Notes under the pieces: model-generated | Database searches by the model: none | The model's input: only the letters and a program-made list of their open reading frames with translations | What the model was told of the DNA's origin: nothing | Shown: piece by piece, positions 32,701 to 38,667 of the stretch | Layout: the number at the start of each line of letters is the position of its first letter | How positions within the stretch are numbered: the first letter of the stretch is position 1 | Translations under genes and position numbers: made by a program | NCBI GenBank assembly: GCA_050246635.1 | Contig: JBFWVR010000005.1 | Coordinates: 43,095-107,094 of the forward strand | Direction of reading: 5' to 3' | Source: Vicinamibacterales bacterium | Lineage (GTDB): Bacteria > Acidobacteriota > Vicinamibacteria > Vicinamibacterales > UBA2999 | Length of the DNA: 64,000 nt

Positions 32701-34461
32701 ACGCGAGACGAGGTACGACCGGAAGAGCGGACCGGACAGGTCGAACGGCTCTCGTGCCCGCGCCTGGCACCATGCGTCGATGGCCGCATGGGGGGCGTCG
32801 CCCAGCGACACGTGCTCCACCGTACCCGCGAACCCGCCGTCGTGCTGGCGCGGGCCGTCGGGGCCGTCCGTGAACGAGAGCCGCAGCGCATCGTTCGAGG
32901 CCACGAGGCGCGCAAAGGCGCGCGTGAACGCACCGGCGTCCACGCGGCCGTCGAGGTGCATCGCCATGGCGACGTTGTAGAGGGGCGTCTCCGGCGACCG
33001 CTGCTGGTCGAGCCAGACCCGCAGCTGCACCGGCGACAGCACGACGCCGGCACTCCGGCCCGCATGAGCCGGACGATGGGCGGGCCCCTCCAGCGGCGCG
33101 TCGGGTGACGCTGCCACGCCGGCGGCGAAGGCGAGGAAGGCCTCGAGCGCGTCCGCAGCGGCTCCCGCGGAGAAGCGGTCCGCGCTGTACTCGAGGGAGG
33201 CGTCCCACGCGTCGCCGGCCGCCGAGAGCGTGAGGCCGAGATCCACGCGTCCCCCCTGCATCGAGACTGGCACGATGGAAGTGGCCAGGCCCGTCAACTG
33301 GGGAGCCGGGAGGCGCTGCGGTACGAGGGCGAAGCTCGTGCGCGCGAGCGGCCGGTGGACGCCGGACGCGCGGAGGCGCTGCACCACCCGCTCCAGCGGC
33401 GCCTCTTCGTGCGCGTGCGCGTCGGTGAGGGTGACGCGTGCGAGGCGCACGACGTCCCGGAGGGTACGGCACCTGCGGAGGTCGAAGCGGAGCGGCAGCG
33501 TGTTCGTGAGCATGCCCACCGTCTGCTCGAACGCCACCCGCGTCCGGCCCGCGCTGGGCGTGCCGACGATCAGGTCATCGGAGCCGGACCGCAGGCGGAG
33601 CCAGCTCACCCACGCGGCGAGCGTCGCGATGAAGGGCGTGGCGCGCTCCTCGCGTGCGAGCCTCGCAAAGCCCTCCATCACCGAGCCGGCCACCACCTGC
33701 CTGGCGCGGCCGCCCGAGAGGGTCGGCGCGGCCGCGCGCTCGTCACCGCCCAGATCGAGATCAGGCGGGTCCGCCAATGCGCGGGCCCAGAAGTCCACGT
33801 GCGCATCCAGGTGGCCCAGCGAGTTCCGGACGTGCTGCCAGGCCGCGAAGTCAGCCTGATGGGTGGCGGCGAGGTCCAGGATCGGGGAGGCGCCGGCCCG
33901 GTCGTTCTCCCACGCGGCTTCGAGGTCGGCGCCGAACACCGCGGCCGAGGCGCCGTCGAAGAGCGCGTGGTGGAACACCAGGAGCAGGCAGTGGTCCTCG
34001 GGCGCGCGCCGCAGCAGGGCGGCCCGCCACCCGGGGCCGTCTGCGAGTTCGAACGGCTGGTGCATGACAGGCGCGGCGGCCGCGCGGTACGCCACCTCGG
34101 GCGAGGCCTGGTCCGGGGCGGGCACGACGGTGAGCCGCACGGCCGCCGGCGGATGGACGTGCTGCACCGGCAGGCCGCCCTCGGCAACCAGGGTCGTGCG
34201 TAGCGCCTCGTGCCGGGCGGCGACCGCGGTCAGCACGCGTTCCAGCCGCGCAACGTCGAGGGGGCCTTCGAGTCGCAGGGCGAACGGGATGTGGTAGGCC
34301 GTGTTGCCGGGGTGGCGCTGCTGCAGGAACCAGAGGCGCTGCTGGGCGAGGGAGGCGGCGCAGCGGTCGTCCGTGCACGGATGCGGCAGGTGGTCTGCCG
34401 TGGTGCCGAGATCGATGCCGTCCTGCCAGAGCAGGCGGGCCACGCGGTCGTGCCGGCTCAC
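26785..34461 (-). CDS. NRPS C-C-A-PCP-C-A-PCP
   Basis: C motifs HHALFDG, HHLITDG, HHAIFDA; two A domains (YTSGSTGVPRG, FTSGTSGVPKG, YGPTE, YRTGD, GKIDR/GKVDR); PCPs LGGHSL and AGGHSL; start uncertain (ORF open to 34599, GTG at 34461 chosen). Confidence 0.93.
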   Translation of the reverse strand: MSRHDRVARLLWQDGIDLGTTADHLPHPCTDDRCAASLAQQRLWFLQQRHPGNTAYHIPFALRLEGPLDVARLERVLTAVAARHEALRTTLVAEGGLPVQHVHPPAAVRLTVVPAPDQASPEVAYRAAAAPVMHQPFELADGPGWRAALLRRAPEDHCLLLVFHHALFDGASAAVFGADLEAAWENDRAGASPILDLAATHQADFAAWQHVRNSLGHLDAHVDFWARALADPPDLDLGGDERAAAPTLSGGRARQVVAGSVMEGFARLAREERATPFIATLAAWVSWLRLRSGSDDLIVGTPSAGRTRVAFEQTVGMLTNTLPLRFDLRRCRTLRDVVRLARVTLTDAHAHEEAPLERVVQRLRASGVHRPLARTSFALVPQRLPAPQLTGLATSIVPVSMQGGRVDLGLTLSAAGDAWDASLEYSADRFSAGAAADALEAFLAFAAGVAASPDAPLEGPAHRPAHAGRSAGVVLSPVQLRVWLDQQRSPETPLYNVAMAMHLDGRVDAGAFTRAFARLVASNDALRLSFTDGPDGPRQHDGGFAGTVEHVSLGDAPHAAIDAWCQARAREPFDLSGPLFRSYLVSRDPLHHHWLLVQHHLITDGHSMRLLCERMAALYADECGGPAAEAQHPGFLDWLTTQPSAIDGSCGEPATRGPAAEPLAFFGRTPHRQTTHVTRTPMPLGHRRARALREAGLRVDGAQSGDHGIFLLTAAALVAHLFHMTGGRRFTIGVPYQNRRPHARAIAGLFMDVLPLTVTCAPSDSMQTLMARIRSALRAALRQARRARAGGTPVPDVLLNVHTTPLQGLPGCDAAIDWLHTGAERECLAVQLYGRASDDPALALDTHDDVFDDGQRRLVAAQLVRVIDQILEAPDRRVGELHLLDEHAREAEIAAGTGPREPAAPAQNVLEVIWSVAREAPDAVAVEAGERRVTYAELVDAASRVAAGLDARAVRPGDLVGISLPRSPEYVIAILGVLAAGAAYLPLDPSAPRARREQFVTDASAWLVIGEHDHDTTVGIGDLLAAAPATTRPAPADGGDLAYVIYTSGSTGVPRGVEVPHRALANYAAYGRATFGLRPGDRALQFAALTFDTAVEEIFPTLTAGATLVLRDAELPAAGAPFMARLAALGITVLNLPTAYWHLLADAGSPLPPGVRLVLVGGEAMQADRLAAWRARVSPTARLLNGYGPTEATVVATFAEIGDAGGTGGAGVSIGQPIWNVETHVLGACLEPVARGMVGELYIGGAGLALGYRRSPGQTAERFVPHPFGPPGARLYRTGDLARRRPDGALEFVGRADSQLKIRGYRIEPGEIERTLITHPAIRDAVVLAASRDEGQVLVGVVVGVEGASLSDTDVRAFLRSRLPEYFVPSELRQVEELPRTPHGKIDRDALGAAPGILLRRAGRGPASDTERRLHTIWSTLLGRDDIGADDSFFDLGGHSLNAAQLAARVSETFGVAVTLPAIFAHPTVAGLAVHVDSLVPDAAPRPGPADVTGPAPPGDDAPPMSFAQERMWLMEQLAPGTTQYVVGARIGLTGPLEAGALEAALRGLMARHPALRTSLSVEGGHGVQVVHADVTVELARKDVSNLDDPPAAAADLMRALLACPFDLSVAPLLRAVLVHTGPDAHELHVSCHHAIFDAWSGAVLVQELGALYAAARSGRPPDLPPAPPDYATFARRQREALTAEREAALVAYWREELDGAPELVLPADGPRGPADTCGDSTELVLGRADTAALRQLARAADATPFMVTAAATALVLGRLADQPDVVFGTPVAGRDHSAFERTIGCFLNTLVLRCDLSGNPTALDLVTRVRTSVLRAFAHQDLPFDRLVQALQPERAAGRPPFFDVMLNFLNTATPSAAFADLALDTRPTGTRDAKMGLTLYAELAHDELKLRAAWRTSQFSRPRMTALLRQIAGTLRTMTAAPRARVEDIALADTTPEAPLPVGTRPLPCHHRPTVVESFIEQVARHPTREALDDRGRPVSYDQLSRTAGAIARHLSARALAPGSHVAVAGSPGEVFVAAMLATWAAGHVAVPVDAALPGERALKLLETAQPAALIATEPLPAAWRGRDDVFEAHRDSLDTSGARLVCARSGEVREGTGDPAYVCFTSGTSGVPKGVLGSHQGLAHFLDWQARTYAVVPDDRVGQVTSPSFDVFLREAFLPLTCGATLVVPGGAEGATSGATRSWLRRAGITLLHAVPAMAQTWLDAEPDVPPLDALRVTFFAGEPLSRALVSRWRASAPATRVVNLYGPTETTLAKCAYEVPPAPSRDVMPIGRAMPGAEVLILRGGRPCGIGEPGEIVIRTPYRSLGYLGDEGRERFTTNPLTRDPDDIVYRTGDRGRYAPDGIVEIDGRYDEAVKVRGVRVDLGEVGAVLAGHPDVQAAVVMAGPQGDGTLTAYVVSTREIPPASLRRHVVATLPAAAVPTRIHRVPVLPLGPNGKVDRAALRTLDAAPLVAKPLRAPETPTERALAPIWREVLGTARVSRDDDFFEAGGHSLLAAQLVARVSRALGAGISIRTVFDAPTLAELAAAIDATATPGAARPEIPRADRRQYRSSVA

Positions 34462-34799
34462 GAGCGCCCCCGGGTCACGGTCCCGGCGGAGCGTCGCGCG
34501 GCACAATCGTGTCGGCGGAGCGGGGCCGGGCGCGAGGCATGGTCGGCGTGGCGGGGGAATCGGCGCTGTTCGGTCATGGGCAGTGACCCTTGTCAGCAAG
34601 GGCCGATCCAGTGCCCGGGTGCACGCAAAATCAATCAGTTGCGGCGGATGGGCTTACGAAAGGTTCCACTTAGGGATCCCGGAGGTGCACAAGTGCGCCC
34701 GTGACCGGGCTGGCCGGAGGGGGGGCGGTCCGCCGCCGGCCCCAGGCTCATCACAATCGGCTTGCGTAGGCCTCGAGCCCGGCGCTACGTTCTGTCCCC

Positions 34800-35825
34800 A
34801 TGCGCCGATACCTCTTCCTGGCTTCGTTCCTCGTCCTGACCGCCGCCCTCGTCTCCCCGCTTGCGCAGGGGGCCGCGAACCGCGTGAACCTGACCGGCAC
34901 CGTCGTGGTCGTCAACCAGCAGGCCGACTCCGTCACCCTCATCGACCTGAAGACGATGGAGGCGTACCGGCACGTGCCGGTGGTGGGCGGGCCGCACGAG
35001 GCGGCTGCCTCGCCGGACGGGCGTTCGGTGCTGGTCACCAACTACAACAAGCAGGGCGTCGGACCGCAGAAGGTCCTGAGCCTCATCGCGCTGCCGAGCG
35101 GCGACCTGATCCGGACCATCGACCTCGGCGAGTACCGCGCGCCGCACGACGTCCGCTGGGTGGACCCCTCACGCCTCGTCGTCACGTCGGAGGCGAACCA
35201 GGCGCTGTTGCTGGTGAACGTCGAGACCGGCGCCATCGAGCGGGTGTTCCGCACCGACGCGGGCGTCTCGCACATGCTCGCGTTGTCGACCGACCGCACG
35301 CGCCTCTACTGCTCGAACATGCGTGACGGCAGCGTGAGCGCCTTCGACTTCCAGACGGGCGAGAAGCTGAAGGACATCAAGACGGGCGAGGAATGCGAGG
35401 GGGTAGGGGTGACGCCGGACGGGCGGTGGGTGTGGGCCGGCAACCGCGCGGAGGACACGATCTCGATCATCGACACCCGGACGCTCGAGGTCACCAAACG
35501 CATCTCGTCGCCGGGGTTCCCTTACCGGGTGCAGTTCACGCCCAACGGCCGGTTCGCGCTGGTGCCGCACGCCGAGGCCTCCTCGCTCGTGGTCGCGGAC
35601 GTCGCGAGCCAGTCGATCGTGAAGTCGATTCCGCTGGGACTGACGAAGGTGGCGGAGCCGTCGACGGCGGGCGTGTTCCCGCACCCCGACAACCGGCATG
35701 CATTCGTGACGGTGCGCAACGACAACTCGATGCTGGTGCTGGATCTCGAGACGGGGGAGACGCTGGGGCGGGTGGCGGTGCAGGACAGCCCCGACGGCGT
35801 GACCTACTCGCCCGTGCAGCGGTAG
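34800..35825 (+). CDS. Secreted YncE/YVTN-type beta-propeller protein
   Basis: Signal peptide; repeated PHEAAASPDG, EGVGVTPDGRWVWAGN, PYRVQFTPNG, PDGVTYS blades. Confidence 0.88.
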   Translation: MRRYLFLASFLVLTAALVSPLAQGAANRVNLTGTVVVVNQQADSVTLIDLKTMEAYRHVPVVGGPHEAAASPDGRSVLVTNYNKQGVGPQKVLSLIALPSGDLIRTIDLGEYRAPHDVRWVDPSRLVVTSEANQALLLVNVETGAIERVFRTDAGVSHMLALSTDRTRLYCSNMRDGSVSAFDFQTGEKLKDIKTGEECEGVGVTPDGRWVWAGNRAEDTISIIDTRTLEVTKRISSPGFPYRVQFTPNGRFALVPHAEASSLVVADVASQSIVKSIPLGLTKVAEPSTAGVFPHPDNRHAFVTVRNDNSMLVLDLETGETLGRVAVQDSPDGVTYSPVQR

Positions 35826-35943
35826 GCCGGCCTCGGGCCTGCGCGGGCACCCGCGTCCTGCGGGTGCCCTTCGTTTCTCCGTACAGACGAACGGCCGCCG
35901 GAGCCCGGCGGCCGTTCCCCGAACAGGACGCGTGCGTCCGCGA

Positions 35944-36393
35944 CTACTTGCGGCGGATGTAGGTCACGTGCGAGACGCCCGTGATCTTGCCGTCCTTGTC
36001 GAAGCGGATGTACTCGTTGTTGATCTTGGTGTTGTCCTCGTTCAGCGTGTTGATCACGATCTGGTTGACCTGACCATTGCGCTTGTTGAGGATGCGCGTG
36101 CTCTTCGCGTCGATCACCTCGACGGCGGTCTCGGCGCCATCCTGGCCCTCGACGGGGCGGAACTTGCCGTCGAACAGCGTCACGTAGCTCCAGCCCGACT
36201 TCGGGTCGCTCGGGTTGCTGATCGTGATCTTCATGCCGCCGTCCCCGTAGGGCTCGTAGGTCATGACGTTGTTGGGATTGGTGGAGTTGTCCCAGATCCC
36301 GTACCGCTCCTTGCCCTGGGCCCACGACGAGCTGGCGGTGAACAGGAGGGCGGCGACGACGGCGGTGCAGGCGAACACATTACGGAAACGCAT
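35944..36393 (-). CDS. Secreted hypothetical beta-rich protein (149 aa)
   Basis: Signal peptide MRFRNVFACTAVVAALLFTASSSWA; strong GC3 codon bias; FDGKFRPVEG pattern. Confidence 0.75.
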   Translation of the reverse strand: MRFRNVFACTAVVAALLFTASSSWAQGKERYGIWDNSTNPNNVMTYEPYGDGGMKITISNPSDPKSGWSYVTLFDGKFRPVEGQDGAETAVEVIDAKSTRILNKRNGQVNQIVINTLNEDNTKINNEYIRFDKDGKITGVSHVTYIRRK

Positions 36394-36501
36394 GGATTGA
36401 GCCCCTTTCCCGAGCTTGGCACGCGAAATTGAAGCGTCAGCATACCCCAGATAGGGGCGGTGGCGGCAATTCGGGATGTGGATTTTCGGGGTCGCGGCAG
36501 G

Positions 36502-36528
36502 TTGGCAATCCTTGCCAAGTGGTATCCT
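36502..36528 (+). promoter_or_regulatory. parDE operator palindrome with extended -10
   Basis: Perfect inverted repeat TTGGCAA-tcc-TTGCCAA followed by TGgTATCCT, about 30 bp before the antitoxin start. Confidence 0.6.
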
Positions 36529-36558
36529 GAGCCCACTGGTTCCGCCTGGAGGTGTCTC

Positions 36559-36840
36559 GTGCCAACCCGCAACATCAGCCTGACGCCGGAGCAGGACGCG
36601 TTCGTGGACGAGGTGGTCGAGTCCGGCGAGTACCAGAACGCCAGCGAAGCCCTCCGGGACGCGCTCCGCGCGCTGCAGCAGCGGCGCAAGGAAGACGTGC
36701 TCCGCCTGAAGGCGCTCCGGGCGCAGGTGAAGGGTGGCCTCGACGCCCTCGAGCGCGGTGACGCCGTCACCGTTGCCGACTCCGAGTTGGAAGGCTACCT
36801 CGACGGGTTGACGGCCACCGACGGCAAACGCATCCGTTAG
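36559..36840 (+). CDS. parD: ParD-family (ribbon-helix-helix) antitoxin
   Basis: GGAGG RBS; TRNISLTPEQDAFVDEVVESGEYQNASEALRDALRAL. Confidence 0.9.
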   Translation: MPTRNISLTPEQDAFVDEVVESGEYQNASEALRDALRALQQRRKEDVLRLKALRAQVKGGLDALERGDAVTVADSELEGYLDGLTATDGKRIR

Positions 36841-36859
36841 CCGCTCCGCCGAATCACTG

Positions 36860-37210
36860 ATGGCGCGGTTTCGCCTCGCCAGGCCGGCGGACGTCGATCT
36901 CTCCGCCATCCTCTCGACCAGCGCCGAGCGGTGGGGACTCGAGACCACGCGTCGCTACGCCGCGCTCATCGTTGCCGCACTGCGGCAGGTGGCGGCTGAC
37001 CCTGCCGGCCCGCTGACGCGGGCCCGTCCCGAACTTGGCGCGGACCTCCGCAGTTTCCACATGCGTCACACGAGGGCCTCCGGAAGCGTCCCGCCCGTCA
37101 AGCGTCCACCTCACCTGCTGTACTACCGCGTGGCCAGCGACGGCGTCATCGAGGTGGTGCGTGTGCTGCACGAGCGCATGGAGCCGAAGCGGCATGTGGC
37201 GGAGTTGTGA
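36860..37210 (+). CDS. parE: RelE/ParE-family toxin
   Basis: FRLARPADVDLSAI, ERWG, RPELGADLRSFH, HLLYYR, IEVVRVLHERME. Confidence 0.9.
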   Translation: MARFRLARPADVDLSAILSTSAERWGLETTRRYAALIVAALRQVAADPAGPLTRARPELGADLRSFHMRHTRASGSVPPVKRPPHLLYYRVASDGVIEVVRVLHERMEPKRHVAEL

Positions 37211-37242
37211 CCCCGGTCGTCCTCGTCGCGCCGGGCGGCATT

Positions 37243-37506
37243 TCAGAGTTGCTTCAGCAGCGTGACGTCGCCGGCGATGAGCGCCTCTTTCTTCGCTCGC
37301 GACCAGCGTTTGAGCTGGCGCTCGCGTTCGAGGGCGGCGGCGCGAGTCTCGTGCCGTTCGAAGTACTCAAGCGCAACAGGACGGCGGCTGGCGGTGAATC
37401 CCGACGCGCTTCCGTCTCGGTGTTGCTCCAGGCGCCGAGCGAGATCAGCGGTTTCGCCAATGTAGAGAGCGCCGTTGGCGCAGCGCAGCACGTACACGAA
37501 ATGCAC
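37243..37506 (-). CDS. Small GIY-YIG nuclease (UPF0213/YhbQ-like)
   Basis: FVYVLRCANGALYIGETADLARRLEQH, ALERERQLKRWSRAKKEALI. Confidence 0.88.
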   Translation of the reverse strand: MHFVYVLRCANGALYIGETADLARRLEQHRDGSASGFTASRRPVALEYFERHETRAAALERERQLKRWSRAKKEALIAGDVTLLKQL

Positions 37507-37564
37507 GCTGACGACGATGCCATCGTCGAGTGCGTAGATGCGAGAGGAAACGGCTGGGCCTGGC

Positions 37565-37805
37565 GGCCCTTCGACTCGGTCGCTTCGCTCCCTCGCTCAG
37601 GGCATTCTCCCTGGAGGGGGGCAGGCGGGTGTGGTGGCCCTTCGACTCGGTCGCTTCGCTCCCTCGCTCAGGGCACCATTCGCTGGAGCCGCGCGTGCCG
37701 CACGGCTCTCGCGAGCAGGCCGTTTGATACTGGGCCTGCCATGAGCGAGTGATACTGGGCCTGCCATGAGCGAGCCGCGCGCGAAGCGCGCGGCGAGTCG
37801 AATGG
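37565..37805. repeat. REP-like repeat cluster: two identical 40-bp copies, a 25-bp tandem duplication and an inverted copy overlapping the tmRNA CCA
   Basis: ggcccttcgactcggtcgcttcgctccctcgctcagggca at 37565-37604 and 37636-37675; tgatactgggcctgccatgagcgag x2 at 37725-37774; inverted variant at 37763-37805. Confidence 0.85.
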
Positions 37806-38154
37806 TGGAGGCGGCGGGAGTTGAACCCGCGTCCGAGAATACGGCCTCGCAGGGCAGCTACGTGCGTGTCTCCATTCTGAATGTCGCAGCCGGTTCTGAA
37901 CGGAGCCAAACGCCCCGGCCGCCAGTCCCGAAAAATCTCACCCCGATGCGTCGAGACCACACATCAGGGCCAGCCCGTTGAATGACGGTCAACCCCGGAA
38001 GCACGGGCGCCTTCCGGATGACCGCTCACTGGTTATTAAGCAGCGAGAGCGTAGTCGGAATTCGCAGTTGCGAATTGTCCACCGGATTAACGAGGTGATG
38101 GCCCTCGGCACGCGCCCCACGAATTCGCACCCCCGTCGAAGCCAGGTCGCCCCC
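37803..38154 (-). ncRNA. ssrA: tmRNA (transfer-messenger RNA), tag (A)ANSDYALAA
   Basis: 5' GGGGGCGACCTGGCTTCGAC; 3' GGACGCGGGTTCAACTCCCGCCGCCTCCACCA; internal GCG AAT TCC GAC TAC GCT CTC GCT GCT TAA TAA; 352 nt; TAAAAT -10 upstream. Confidence 0.97.
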
Positions 38155-38278
38155 AACTCCGGGTGCTCGAATCGCAGCGGATCCCCATTTTACCACCGTT
38201 CGGCGGTCACCTCGGGGGCTGGGCCGCCCGCGGGCAGGAGCCCGGGCACGGCCAGGGACCCCGATGAGGGCCCCCGGG

Positions 38279-38511
38279 GTTATCTGCGGATGAACGCGGC
38301 GGAATGCGGATATCCGCGGCCGTTCGTGGCGTCGCGGTGCGTCAGCGACGCTGTGCTTCAGCGGACGCGGTGCTGCAGCACGCGTGCCGCCGCTGGCGTT
38401 CATGTCGGCTACTCTTCAGCAGAATCATCCACAGATGGACACTGATGGGGCCCACGCTGATGACGTCCGCCCTGGCGCATCCGCGTTCATCCGCGTGCAT
38501 CCGCGGATAAC
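38279..38511. repeat. MITE-like intergenic element with about 21-bp imperfect terminal inverted repeats
   Basis: gttatctgcggatgaacgcgg ... ccgcgtgcatccgcggataac; the right end recurs at 49471-49505 with 1 mismatch in 35 bp. Confidence 0.55.
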
Positions 38512-38667
38512 TCCTGTCTTGCCCCGTCCCAACCTTGCCGGACACCACTGGAAGCAGCAACGCGCCACTCCCAGTGGTGCCGGCAGACCGTCCCTGCTGC
38601 CCGCCACGCGACCGGATCTGCGTGATCCGTCCATCGTGGGGGGCATCTGGCCGTGCCAGTCAGCGGC

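Noticed and set aside
34600-34700. AT-richer patch (aaaatcaatcagttgc) upstream of the NRPS as a possible recombination site
   Set aside because: Single occurrence with no partner site or recombinase; more simply promoter DNA.
37565-37675. Two identical 40-bp repeats with a 31-bp spacer, resembling a mini CRISPR array
   Set aside because: Only two copies, an inverted variant nearby, no cas genes and no AT-rich leader; fits a REP-like family better.
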